Origin: an uncultured Chloroflexia bacterium
Lineage (GTDB): Bacteria > Chloroflexota > Limnocylindria > Limnocylindrales > CSP1-4
Direction of reading: 5' to 3'
Assembly (NCBI GenBank): GCA_963804575.1
Contig: CAWDQY010000004.1
Location: forward strand, 332-64,331
Length of the DNA stretch: 64,000 nucleotides
The translations under genes and the position numbers were made by a program. The first letter of the stretch is position 1, and every line of letters starts with the position of its first letter. The notes beneath the pieces are model-generated. The model worked only from the letters and a program-made list of their open reading frames with translations, did no database searches and had not been told where the DNA came from. Below, in pieces: positions 47,928 through 58,473 of this stretch.

Positions 47928-49720
47928 ATGGCCTCGTCTCGTCCGGGGATGGGCGCGCTGCCCTTCGACGGCGGCGTGACCTTCCGTGTCTGGGCGCCGC
48001 ACGCGGACGCCGTCGCGGTAAGCGGCACGTTCTGCGACTGGGACGCGGACGCCTGTCCGCTGGTCCGGGAGGACAACGGGACCTGGTCAGCCGACGTGAA
48101 GGGTGCCGGCCCTGGCGACGAGTATCGGTTTCTCGTGCACGCCGACGGCAAGGCGCTCTGGCGCATCGATCCCCGTGCGCGTCAGCTGACGAGCTCGGTC
48201 GGCAACGCCGTCGTCTACGACCCCTCCGCCTACGAGTGGTCCACGGAGCCAGTCGCGCCTCCGGCGTGGAATGACCTCGTCATCTACGAGATGCACGTGG
48301 GGACCTTCAGCGAGGGCATGCATGGTCGCCCGGGCACGCTGGACGGAGTGCGCCAGCGCCTGGGGTACCTTCGCGAACTGGGAGTCAGCGCCATCCAGCT
48401 GATGCCACCCTTCGAGTTCGCCGGGGACCGTTCGTGGGGCTACAACCCAGCGTACCCATTCGCCGTGGAGTCCGCGTACGGCCATCCCGACGACCTCAAG
48501 GCCCTGGTGGACGCGGCCCATGGGGCCGGCATCGCGGTGCTGCTCGACGTCGTCTACAACCACCTCGGCCCCTCCGATCTCGACCTCTGGCGCTTCGACG
48601 GCTGGTCGGAGAACGACAAGGGCGGCATCTACTTCTACCAGGACGGCCGTTCGGCCACCCCATGGGGAGAGACCCGGCCTGACTACGGACGGCACGAGGT
48701 GCGCACCTTCCTGCGCGACAACGCCATGACCTGGCTGGACGAGTTCCGCATCGACGGGCTGCGCTGGGACGCTACCGCCTACATCAGCTCGGTCAGCGGT
48801 GGTGGCCCGACGGCGGCCGATCGGATCGAGGAGGGCTGGGAGCTCATGGCGGCCATCAACGGCGAGGCCGCCGAGCGTTTCCCCGGCCGGCTGATGATCG
48901 CCGAGGACCTGCGCAGCGACGCGTCCGTGACGCGCTCGCCCGCCGAAGGAGGCGCGGGTTTCGGGGCCCAATGGGACCCAGGCTTCGTGCACCCCGTGAG
49001 AGCAGCGCTGATCGCGGCGAGCGATGAAGCGCGTGACCTCGACATGGTCGCGGATGCGCTGAGGGTCGATCCGGCGGACGCGTTCAAGCGTGTCATCTAC
49101 ACGGAATCCCACGATGCCGTCGCGAACGGCAGCTCGCGCGTGCCCGAGGAGATCTGGCCGGGTTATGCGGACAGCTGGCCGTCGCGCAAGCGTGCGGCGC
49201 TGGGAGCGGCACTCGTGCTCACCTCACCCGGCATCCCCATGCTGTTCCAGGGCCAGGAGCTCATCGAGGATCCTGGTTCAGCGACGAGGACCCCCTGGAC
49301 TGGAGCAAGCGCCATCGCCACGCCGGCTTGCTGGCGCTCCATCGTGACCTCATCGGACTGCGACGCAACGTCGATGACCGCACGCGAGGGCTGCGCGGGC
49401 CTCGCATCTCGCTCCATCACCGGAACCATGACGCCGGGGTCATCGCCTACCACCGCTGGGAGGCGGGCGGGCCGCGCGACGACGTGGTGGTCGTGGTGAA
49501 TCTGTCGGGCAAGTCCTTCGCCGGCTATCGCATCGGCGTGCCGCGAGAGGGTCGCTGGTCAGTGCGTTTCAACAGCGACTGGGCCGGCTACGACTCCGAG
49601 TTCGGTGGTCCCTCCTCCTTCGACACCGACGCCCTCGCTGACCCCCTCGACGGCATGGCTTCCAGCCTGGTGGTCGGATTGGGACCCTACGCCTGCGTGA
49701 TCATGTCGCAGGACGAGTAG
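47928..49720 (+). pseudogene. GH13 alpha-amylase-family enzyme (short GlgB/TreZ-like, N-terminal CBM48-like), frameshift near 49270
   Basis: VTFRVWAPHADAVAVSGTFCDW, VIYEMHVGTF, VLLDVVYNH, GLRWDA, AEDL and YTESHD are GH13 conserved regions. The C-terminus continues in ORF 49328..49720. Confidence 0.85.
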
Positions 49721-49886
49721 CCGGTGATGCTGGCGTAGCGCACTCCCTGCGAAGTCCTGTAACGAGCCTGTGATGGCGAGCACGGGAGCGCGGCTGCGGA
49801 TGCAAGCGGCGGCGCGGGATGGTGGCTCTCGGCGAGAGCGACGCATGCCGCCCAGCATCGCGCCCCGCCCTGACAGGAGGCAACGC

Positions 49887-49952
49887 ATGGGTCTCATCGG
49901 ACTGCTCGTCACGCTGATCCTGATCATCATCGTGCTCCGGCTCATCTTCTAG
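49887..49952 (+). CDS. Candidate 21-aa hydrophobic peptide (MGLIGLLVTLILIIIVLRLIF)
   Basis: ATG lies 6 nt after AGGAGG (49875-49880). It is a single predicted TM helix, 65 nt upstream of a membrane protein gene that has its own strong RBS. Confidence 0.4.
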   Translation: MGLIGLLVTLILIIIVLRLIF

Positions 49953-50017
49953 CGTCGGAAGCCAGGACGTTCGGATCTCGCCGTACCACGCCAGCACCGG
50001 TCATAGGAGGTACCCAG

Positions 50018-50686
50018 ATGGATTCGCCGCGACGCGACCCCGCCACGATCCCAACCGCAGATCCCGAGAGCAGGACCTACGTCGCCATCTCCGCGGACGA
50101 GGTGGACTCCGAGGAGCAGAAGGACGCCCACGATGTGACGATCGCCGATCTGCAGCAGCTCCGCTGGGGCCCCATCTTCGCCGGCCTCCTGACGGCCATC
50201 GGCATCTTCATCCTGCTGACCATGCTCGCCGTGGCGCTCGGGCTCCAGGCGGCCCCGGGCACCGAGGAACTCGAGGACATGGGTTTCGTCGCCATCCTGG
50301 TCACGAGCGTCATCGCCCTCGTGGCTTTCTTCATCGGCGGCTTCATCGCGACGTGGACATCTGGTGTCTCCGACCCCGGCCGGAGCCTCGTGAACGGGTT
50401 CCTCGTCTGGTCACTGTGGCTCGTATCCGTGGCGGTCCTGGGCGCCTTCGGCCTGGGCGCTATCGCCGGCGCCATGGGCGACCTCTTCGGCCAGGTGAGC
50501 GCACCATCCCCTGGCGTCGAGGTGGACGCGCTCATCGACTCCCTGCGCTCGGCCTCCTGGCAGTCGTTCCTGGCGCTGTGCCTGACCGCGCTAGCTGCCG
50601 CGCTGGGCGGAGTCATCGGGGCCCGCGAGGATCTCCGAGGGGCCTGGATGCGCCAGGCCCGCACCAGGGTGCTGGTCCGCAGCTAG
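50018..50686 (+). CDS. Hypothetical integral membrane protein (4 predicted TM helices)
   Basis: ATG follows TAGGAGG. Hydrophobic segments are separated by short loops. I recognise no family. Confidence 0.55.
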   Translation: MDSPRRDPATIPTADPESRTYVAISADEVDSEEQKDAHDVTIADLQQLRWGPIFAGLLTAIGIFILLTMLAVALGLQAAPGTEELEDMGFVAILVTSVIALVAFFIGGFIATWTSGVSDPGRSLVNGFLVWSLWLVSVAVLGAFGLGAIAGAMGDLFGQVSAPSPGVEVDALIDSLRSASWQSFLALCLTALAAALGGVIGAREDLRGAWMRQARTRVLVRS

Positions 50687-50861
50687 GCCCGCATTCAGGC
50701 AGTCGACATGAAGTCGAAATGTGGCCGCGCCGGCTTGAGTGGCTGTATCTGATGCGCTTGGCCCCAGTCTTGCCCGCACCGGGCGCGATGTCCGGTCCGT
50801 TGCCCCGCAGACGTGACCCAGGCAAACGGGCCACCAGCCGTAGACACAGAAGGAGAACCCG

Positions 50862-51365
50862 ATGTCGGAGGCCAAGTACGGTGAGGAGTTCATCAAGCAC
50901 GAGCTCGATGAGGCCATCGCCTTTCAGCAGACCATCGTCGATGCCGAACGTGAGCTGGCGGGCAAGCACCCCTTTCCTGCCGGACGCGAGAGCATCAAGG
51001 CTTGCCAGAAGGATGACCAGGCGTTCCTCAAGCGGCTGCAGCAGCTGGGTCGACCGTACGGCGCGAGCGGCGAGGTCGAAGAGGTCGTCGAGGCCATGAA
51101 GTCGCTCATGAGCGAGACGCTCGGCTCGGCTGCCGAGGCCGAGAGCGAGGCGTATGAGGCGCACGCCGTCCTCCTGACGCTCAAGCGCAAGCAGCAGGAC
51201 TCGGCCAGCGCGATGCTCAAGATCGCGCGCGCCATGAAGGAGACGGAGATGCGCGATGCTGCCAAGGAGTTCGAGCGCGCGCAGCGGGAGAGCAGCCGGG
51301 CGCTGGCGAAGTCACTGGCCGACTTCGCGGCCAAGATCGCGACCCAGGCACCAGCCTCAGTCTGA
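50862..51365 (+). CDS. Hypothetical all-helical protein (possibly ferritin-like/DUF892-like)
   Basis: ATG follows GAAGGAGA. 167 aa, rich in A/E/K with heptad-like helices. No catalytic motif recognised. Confidence 0.5.
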   Translation: MSEAKYGEEFIKHELDEAIAFQQTIVDAERELAGKHPFPAGRESIKACQKDDQAFLKRLQQLGRPYGASGEVEEVVEAMKSLMSETLGSAAEAESEAYEAHAVLLTLKRKQQDSASAMLKIARAMKETEMRDAAKEFERAQRESSRALAKSLADFAAKIATQAPASV

Positions 51366-51471
51366 CAAGCGAGCTACTTTCAGCCTGACGAGGGAGCTAC
51401 CTCGCACTCTCGCGCCCCGGCCAACCCGCGCGTGGGATGGCCGGGCGCTTCCGTTGGCGGCCGCTACCGGG

Positions 51472-52629
51472 TCACGCCGATGGGCGAGCCGGCTGCTCCG
51501 CGTTGGGCTGTTGCGGATCCACGGCGGGTCCCTCGGTCTCCCCGGCATCATCCTCGGACGAAGAGGAAGCTCCGCTCTCCAGCTTCACCATCGTCTGGCG
51601 GTCCTGGGCGTGCTCGAGGATGACGACCATCGCGGCCACGAGCGGGACCGCCAGGAGGGCGCCGATGAGACCTCCCGCCGCCGCTCCCACGACTAGGCTG
51701 GATACGACCAGGAAGGGGGGCACGCCGATGGTGCTCTTCATCACCATCGGCACGAGGACGTTCCCCTCCAGGACCTGGATCACGACGTAGACGCCCGCAA
51801 CAAGCAGGACGAGCTCGATCTCGCCCGTGACGGCCGCAACGAGCAGCGCGGGGATCGCGCCCAGGATCGGCCCGACGATGGGGATGATCTCGGCGATACC
51901 GGCGATGAGCCCAAGGAGTAGGGCATTGGGCAGGCCAAGCACGAAGTAGGCGGTGGTGGTCATCACGAAGATCGACGCCATGAGGATGCCCTGGCCACGC
52001 ACCCACAGGCCAAGCCGCTGCTCGACCTCGTTCCAGCCATGACGAACCCCGGCTCGATGCTCGCGGGGCAACAGGGCCAGGGTGAAGCGCTGGAGGCGCT
52101 GATGACCGATGAGCCAGAAGAAGACGAGCGTGAGGACGGTGATCACGGCGATGATCGTGTCCGCGACCACGAGCCCGACGCCCACCAACGCCTCGGGATC
52201 CGCTTCCGCCTCGGGGTCGCGCAGCGTCGCTGCCAGGGCGTCGATGGCATCCACCAGGCCGTCCCCCACCACGCTTGGACGAATGTCGACCGCGAAGGCC
52301 CGCAGGTCGGCGAGCAGGCCCGGGAGACGGTTCGAGAACTCGGTCAGCTGCGCCACCGCCGCGGGCACGATGAGGAACAGCAGCAGGCCGACCAGGACCA
52401 TGAAGCCCAGGTAGACGAGGATGATGTTCACCGTGCGGGCGAGGCCGGTCTTGCCCCGCAGCCACGCGACCGCCGGCTCCAGGCCGGCAGCCAGCAGGAT
52501 GGCGATGGCGACCTGAACGAGGACGTTGCTGGCACCCAACACCAGTGCTGCGATGGACGCCACGAAGATGACGCCGACGGTAGCGCCCATCCCTCGAGCC
52601 AGCCAGATCCAGGCCTCCGACCTCACCAT
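51472..52629 (-). CDS. AI-2E family transporter (PerM/UPF0118)
   Basis: 385 aa, about 8 TM helices, and a conserved GLIAGIAEIIPIVGPILGAIPALLVA segment. Confidence 0.85.
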   Translation of the reverse strand: MVRSEAWIWLARGMGATVGVIFVASIAALVLGASNVLVQVAIAILLAAGLEPAVAWLRGKTGLARTVNIILVYLGFMVLVGLLLFLIVPAAVAQLTEFSNRLPGLLADLRAFAVDIRPSVVGDGLVDAIDALAATLRDPEAEADPEALVGVGLVVADTIIAVITVLTLVFFWLIGHQRLQRFTLALLPREHRAGVRHGWNEVEQRLGLWVRGQGILMASIFVMTTTAYFVLGLPNALLLGLIAGIAEIIPIVGPILGAIPALLVAAVTGEIELVLLVAGVYVVIQVLEGNVLVPMVMKSTIGVPPFLVVSSLVVGAAAGGLIGALLAVPLVAAMVVILEHAQDRQTMVKLESGASSSSEDDAGETEGPAVDPQQPNAEQPARPSA

Positions 52630-52689
52630 CCTGGTGTCGCGGTCAGGGGGCCGTGGCGGGGTGGCCCGGGTGACCGCACCGGCCGGGCA

Positions 52690-52941
52690 TCATCCAGCAC
52701 GCGGGACGATGCCGAGGTCATCGCGAACCCGCGCCAGGACGGCACTATCAGCACCCTCAGCCCCTGGCAGCTCGGCAGCGGGGTCGAGACCGGTCCGCTC
52801 GGTGAGGAGCTGGTACAGGTCGCGCAGCTCCACCACGGCCAGCTGCGCCGTCTCATGGTCAGGCGACCCGACCTCGCTCTGCTCCAGCACGCGCTCAGCA
52901 TGGCGCCATGCCGCCAGCGTCTCGGCCACCAGTGTCCGCAT
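52690..52941 (-). CDS. Hypothetical 83-aa protein
   Basis: ATG at 52941 is preceded by GAGGAGA. The longer 279-aa ORF-track model upstream looks like GC-driven read-through. Confidence 0.35.
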   Translation of the reverse strand: MRTLVAETLAAWRHAERVLEQSEVGSPDHETAQLAVVELRDLYQLLTERTGLDPAAELPGAEGADSAVLARVRDDLGIVPRAG

Positions 52942-53206
52942 CGTCTGCTCTCCTCGTCGGGGCTCGACCGACCGCCCCAATCCCAATGTGCACTGCAGCC
53001 GTACACATTGTACATCGGCTAGACGAGAGGTCCGCGGATGCGGTTCGGAGGAGGCAGGGCGTTTGTGATGCTCTTGTGATGGTATCGCGGCGGGGTCGAA
53101 GCCTCGGTGAGCCACGAAGGCGGGCACGATGCGGGGTGACTGCAGCACAAGGCTCTGCAGCACGAGCGTCATGTCGTGAACGTGGCCCCTCATGGAGGAC
53201 AGCAGG

Positions 53207-53485
53207 ATGAGCATCATCGCGTGGCTCGTGCTTGGCGCGATCGCCGGGTACCTGGCCGGCTTCATCGTCAAGGGTGACGAAGGGCTCGGCATCATCGGAC
53301 ATATCGTGCTCGGGATCGTGGGTGCACTCGTCGGTGGGTTCCTCGCCGGCCTCATCTTCAACACCGATCCGATCGATGGGGCGCTGGACATCAGCTCTAT
53401 CGTGGTGGCCACCATCGGTGCCATCATCACGGTGCTCGTGGTGGGGTACTTCACCGGCAGCCGGCGCGGATCGGGCATCGCTTGA
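53207..53485 (+). CDS. GlsB/YeaQ/YmgE-family (transglycosylase-associated) stress membrane protein
   Basis: MSIIAWLVLGAIAGYLAGFIVKG...GIIGHIVLGIVGALVGGFL is the characteristic motif set. ATG follows GGAGGA. Confidence 0.85.
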   Translation: MSIIAWLVLGAIAGYLAGFIVKGDEGLGIIGHIVLGIVGALVGGFLAGLIFNTDPIDGALDISSIVVATIGAIITVLVVGYFTGSRRGSGIA

Positions 53486-53755
53486 CGTCCGCCTGAGCAC
53501 CCCGCGTCGCAGCTCGCCGCCATGGCCAAACCGTTGCCGTCTCAGAGGAGAAGACGATGGACGCTTCCGGGGAAGGCTGGCGGCACGCGACGAGTGCGGA
53601 TCAGGAGGTCCTGGGGCAGGCTGACGTCGCTGCCGGCTCGAACGGCGGCCCCACCGACCATCGAGCATGATCCATCTCGGCGCAGCCCGCCAGGCACCGG
53701 CTGAACCCTTGTCCCCAAGGACAGGCCAGCCGCGAGCGACGCTCGCGGCTGGCCC

Positions 53756-55369
53756 GTGGTGTCGGTGAGTCGGATGCCCCTGCGCACAGCTTCTCAGCGG
53801 GCGAGGTCCGAGCTGGCGCGGGTCCGCGATCAGCGGCTCTCGTTGCTCGGGGCGGTCGCGCTCGGCGCCGTTGTGGGCGCGGTGGCGATCCTGGCGAAGG
53901 GCTTCCTGCACGAGACCGTGGGGGATCCGGGCTACAGCGTGCTCGTGGCCGCCCTCGCGGTCGCGGCCTGGTTCGGTGGCGTGGCCGCCGGGCTGGTCGC
54001 GATGGCCGTGACCGCCGGGCTGAACACGCTGTTCTTCGTCGACCCGATCGGCCAGCTGGAGGTCATCGGCCGCGGCGAGATGACCAAGCTGGCTGTCTAC
54101 GTGGTCGTGTCCCTCGGCACGGTCGTGCTCATCGCCTCGCGGCGAGCGGCTCGCGATCGCCTGATCGACGCCCTCGCCGAATCGGCCGAGCTGGCCGAGG
54201 CCGTAGAGTCCCGGGACGAGCGACTCGAGCTCATCTTGAAGGCCTCGGGCACGGGCTTCTGGGAGTGGGACCTGGCCAGCGGCAGTCTGGTCTGGTCCGA
54301 AGCCATCTTCCGGCAACACGGGCTGGACCCGGTCGGCCCGGCTCCGGACTTCGAGGCTTACCTCGAGCTCATCCACCCGGATGACCGCGCGGTGTTCCGA
54401 TCGGAGCTGGAGTCGATGACCCTGGGCGGCCCGGATCTCGACCTGGAGTTCCGCATCATCTGGCCTGATGGCAGCATCCACTGGACGCACGGGGTGGGCC
54501 GCCTGTTCGGCGACATGTCGGGACAGCCGCAGCGCATGATCGGGACCGGCCAGGACATCACCGAGCGGCGGCGCGTCGAGGACGACCGTGACCACCTCCT
54601 CGCCAGGGAACGACGCGCCGGCGAGTACCGCGAGGCGTTCATCGACGTCATCAGTCACGAGTTGCGAACACCCATCACGACCATCCTCGGAATGGCGGAG
54701 ATGCTCTCCCGACCGGGCCGCGACGCCGATGCGCCGGTGAGGGCAACGCTGCTGGAGGACATCCGCGCCGAAGCGGAACGCCTGCATCGGCTGGTCGAGG
54801 ACCTCCTCGTCCTCAGCCGCGTCGAACGCGGAGGGCTGGCGATCGAGTCGGAGCCGATGCAGCTGGGCCGCTTGCTGGAGCAGATCGTCGCGGTCGAGAC
54901 GATCGAGCGGCCATCCATCGTCATCGAGCTGAACGTCGAACCGGACTTGCCCATCGTGGCCAGCGAGGCGACCTACGTGAGCCAGATCCTGCGGAACCTG
55001 CTGGGCAACGCCGCAAAGTACTCGCCGGCCGGCACGCGCGTGGTGGTGAGCGCACACAAGGAGCGTGGCGGCGTTGCCGTGCGAGTGAGTGACGAAGGCC
55101 CCGGCATCTCGGACGAGGTGGCGCAGCGAGCGTTCGAGCTCTTCTACCGCGACCCGGGCGTGGCCGGAGTTGTGGCCGGGTCGGGCATCGGGCTCTTCGT
55201 CTGCGCCAGCCTGGTGCAGGCCATGGGCGGCGAGATCTGGGCCCGACGCCGTCCCGAGGGGGGCTCCGAGTTCGGCTTCCTCCTGCGTATCCTGGAGCCC
55301 GATGACGACCTACTGGAGCCGCAGCCGCGTGCCGCCCGAGCAGCGGCGGTGATGCCGCACAGGCAGTGA
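53756..55369 (+). CDS. Sensor histidine kinase (DUF4118-like membrane module - PAS - HisKA - HATPase_c)
   Basis: H-box SHELRTPITTI, N-box LLGNAAKYS, G-boxes DEGPGI and GSGIGL. A PAS segment has WEWDLASGSLVWS. Confidence 0.9.
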   Translation: MVSVSRMPLRTASQRARSELARVRDQRLSLLGAVALGAVVGAVAILAKGFLHETVGDPGYSVLVAALAVAAWFGGVAAGLVAMAVTAGLNTLFFVDPIGQLEVIGRGEMTKLAVYVVVSLGTVVLIASRRAARDRLIDALAESAELAEAVESRDERLELILKASGTGFWEWDLASGSLVWSEAIFRQHGLDPVGPAPDFEAYLELIHPDDRAVFRSELESMTLGGPDLDLEFRIIWPDGSIHWTHGVGRLFGDMSGQPQRMIGTGQDITERRRVEDDRDHLLARERRAGEYREAFIDVISHELRTPITTILGMAEMLSRPGRDADAPVRATLLEDIRAEAERLHRLVEDLLVLSRVERGGLAIESEPMQLGRLLEQIVAVETIERPSIVIELNVEPDLPIVASEATYVSQILRNLLGNAAKYSPAGTRVVVSAHKERGGVAVRVSDEGPGISDEVAQRAFELFYRDPGVAGVVAGSGIGLFVCASLVQAMGGEIWARRRPEGGSEFGFLLRILEPDDDLLEPQPRAARAAAVMPHRQ

Positions 55370-55377
55370 AGTAGCCG

Positions 55378-56091
55378 ATGAGCCTGCAGCCCCTGGTCCT
55401 TGTCGCGGACGACGAGCCGCGGATCACCAAGCTCGTGGCGATCGCGCTCGGTGACGAGGGCTTCCGCGTGGTCACGGCTCGTGGCGGCGTCGAGGCCCTG
55501 CAGAAGGCGGAGCAGCTGCGGCCGGACATCGTCCTGCTCGACATCGTCATGCCCGACCTTGACGGTATCGAGGTCATGCGTCGGTTGCGCGAACGCCGCC
55601 CGGTGGCGGTCATCCTGCTGACCGCCAAGGTCTCCATCGCCGATCGGGCACAAGGCCTTGGACTGGGCGCCGACGACTACCTGGCCAAGCCCTTCCATCC
55701 CGATGAGCTGGCAGAGCGGGTGCGGGCCGTCCTTCGGCGGGCTTCCGGAGCCGGACCGGGCTCAGGGATCCTCCAGTTCGATGACGTGGAGATCGACCTC
55801 GAACGTCAGATCGTGCTGCGGGACGACGAGCTGGTGCAGCTATCGCGAACGGAGTGGCTGCTGCTACAACACTTGGCCATCCGTGCCGGCACGACCGTCC
55901 CGGAAGCGGAGCTGCTCACCGAGGTGTGGGGTCCGGAATACGGGGATGACCTGCAGTTCCTGCGCGTGTGGGTCAGCCGACTCCGTCGGAAGCTGGGTGC
56001 ACCAGAAGGTGAAGTCGGCCGCATCAGGTCCGTCCCGGGGCAGGGCTACCTGCTGGACGTCGAACCACCCTCCCCGGTCAGCGGCGACTGA
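55378..56091 (+). CDS. OmpR/KdpE-type response regulator
   Basis: The receiver domain (VLVADDE, phospho-acceptor in LLDIVMPDLDG, and LTAK) is followed by a winged-helix output domain (EWLLLQHL...RKLG...VPGQGY). Confidence 0.92.
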   Translation: MSLQPLVLVADDEPRITKLVAIALGDEGFRVVTARGGVEALQKAEQLRPDIVLLDIVMPDLDGIEVMRRLRERRPVAVILLTAKVSIADRAQGLGLGADDYLAKPFHPDELAERVRAVLRRASGAGPGSGILQFDDVEIDLERQIVLRDDELVQLSRTEWLLLQHLAIRAGTTVPEAELLTEVWGPEYGDDLQFLRVWVSRLRRKLGAPEGEVGRIRSVPGQGYLLDVEPPSPVSGD

Positions 56092-56113
56092 AGTCACCCC
56101 GACAAGGCCCCGG

Positions 56114-57965
56114 TCAGGACGCCTCCAGTCCCTGCCGCAGCGCCTCCAGCTGCGCGGCCAGCTCGGGCGGTAGGCGATCGCCGAAGCGCGCGTAGTGATC
56201 CTCGAATTGCGACATCTCGGCCAGGATGGCAGGGCCGTCCACGCGGAGCAGCTCTTCGAGGTCGCCCTCGCGCATCTCCAAGCCGGTGGTGTCGAGATCC
56301 TCGGGTGCTGGCAGCCAGCCGATGGGCGTCTCGCGCGCATCGACCTCCCCGTCGCAGCGCCGGAAGATCCACTCGATGACTCGACTGTTCTCCCCGAAGC
56401 CCGGCCACATGAAATGGCCGTCACCGCCGCGACGGAACCAGTTGACGTAGTAGATGCGGGGCAGCTTGTCGGGCGTCGTGGCGCGACCGACGTCGAGCCA
56501 GTGCGCCCAGTAGTCGGCCATGTTGTACCCGCAGAATGGCAGCATGCCGAAGGGGTCGAAGCGCAGCTTGCCGATCTCGCCGAACGCGGCGGCGGTCATC
56601 TCCGAGCTCATGATCGAGCCCATGAAGACCCCGTGCTCCCAGTCGAAGCCTTCACGCACGAGCGGCACGATGTTGGCGCGACGGCCACCGAACATGATGG
56701 CGTCGAGGGGCACGCCGGCCGGGTCCTCCCACTCCGGCGCGATGGAGGGTGCCTGGCTGGCGGCGACCGTGAAACGGGCGTTGGCGTGGGCGGCAGGGTG
56801 ATCTCTCCGCCGGTGTCCAGTCCTTGGCCGTCCAGTCGATGGCGTGGTCGGGCGGAGCGTCCGTCATGCCTTCCCACCAGACGTCGCCATCGTCCGTGAG
56901 CGCCACGTTGGTGTAGATGGCGTTGGCATGCAGCGTACGCATGGCGTTCAGGTTGGTCTTGTCGCTGGTGCCCGGCGCGACACCGAAGAAGCCGGCTTCC
57001 GGGTTGATGGCGTAGAGGCGGCCGTCGTCGCCGAACCGCATCCAGCAGATGTCGTCGCCCAGCGTCTCGACCTTCCAGCCCGGCAGGGTCGGGACCAGCA
57101 TCGCCAGGTTGGTCTTGCCGCAGGCCGAGGGGAAGGCGCCACCGAGGTACTTGACCCGCCCGTCGGGCGCGGTGACCTTGATGATGAGCATGTGCTCGGC
57201 CAGCCAGCCCTCGTCGCGAGCGATGACCGAGGCGATGCGCAGGGCGTAGCACTTCTTGCCCAGCAGCGCGTTGCCGCCGTAGCCGGAGCCGTACGACCAG
57301 ATCTCGCGGTCCTCCGGGAAGTGGACGATGTACTTCTGCTCCGCGTCGCAGGGCCAGGGCACGTCGACGTCGCCGATCTCGAGCGGCGCGCCGACCGAGT
57401 GCAGGCAGGGCACGAAGTCGCCGGTGGCACGGATGGCCTCCAGTGCCGGTGTGCCCATGCGGGTCATGATGCGCATGTTGGCCACGACGTAGGGCGAGTC
57501 GGTGATCTGCACGCCGAGGCGGCTGATGGCAGAACCGATGGGGCCCATGGAGAACGGGATGACGTACATGGTGCGGCCGCTCATCGAGCCGCGGAACAGC
57601 TCGATGAGCGTCGCCCGCATCGAATCGGGGTCGTGCCAGTTGTTGGTGGGACCGGCGTCCATGGGATCGCGCGAGCAGATGAAGGTGCGATCCTCGACGC
57701 GAGCGACGTCACTGGGGTCGGAGCGCGCCAGGAAGCTGTCGGGCCGCTTGGTGGGATCGAGGGGCGTGAACGTGCCTGCCGCGACGAGTTCACGGCACAG
57801 GGCCTCGTACTCCGACTGTGAGCCGTCGCACCAATGGACCCGCTCGGGCCTGGTGAGCGCGGCCACGTCGGTGACCCAGCGATGGAGGTCCGCCTCCGTT
57901 CGGCCGGTGCTCGCGGAACCCGAGTGCAGGAGATCTGCGCCCAACCCGATCGTGCTCATCATCAC
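56114..57965 (-). pseudogene. pckG: Phosphoenolpyruvate carboxykinase (GTP), frameshift near 56800
   Basis: [19 protein letters not shown], kinase-1a FPSACGKTN and WMRF are in ORF 56652..57965. AAHANARFT (third frame) and [13 protein letters not shown]...YVNWF are in ORF 56114..56713. Confidence 0.9.
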
Positions 57966-58054
57966 CTCTTGACCGATGCTTGCGCCACTTCGACGAGGAT
58001 AGTCCGTGGACCGTAGCGGCCCCGTCTACCGCGAAGCGCGGGCCGACCTGCCCC

Positions 58055-58472
58055 TCATGTGGGTGCCGTTGTGCTCTCGCGACCGGCCGGGAGGTGCAGC
58101 AGCGGGGCAAGGACGACGGCAGCGAGCACCAGCACGTTCGCGATCGTTCCGGCAGAAGCGTCATCCCACCAGACGATGATGGCGAGCTGCGAGGTAGCGA
58201 CGCCGATGAGCGCGAGCGGACGCCACCATGGCCGCCCCATGGAGCAGCGCGACCCCCGCCGCGAGCAGAAGCGTCAGCGGCAGCAGCCAGAGGATGGCCA
58301 GGACCTCGGCCTCGATGCCCGCCACCGCGATGCTGGGCTCACCGGTGAGCTGTTCGAGATCCGCCAGGCCCCAGATATCGGCCGGTCCCATGAGATGGAT
58401 GAGGGCGTGCCCGATGAGCAGGATGCCGACCAGCCAGCGGACGATGTCGCCGCCGCGCGATGCCTGCGTCAT
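58055..58472 (-). pseudogene. Hypothetical small membrane protein B, frameshift near 58240; its ATG originally overlapped the stop of upstream gene A
   Basis: MTQASRGGDIVRWLVGILLIGHALIHL... continues after a GGGG run as GRPWWRPLALIGVATSQLAIIVWW... in ORF 58055..58240. Confidence 0.5.
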
Positions 58473-58473
58473 G

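Noticed and set aside
10351-57965. Co-occurrence of ppc and pckG in one window as a special anaplerotic locus
   Set aside because: The two genes are 43 kb apart on opposite strands with unrelated neighbours. Both are ordinary housekeeping genes.
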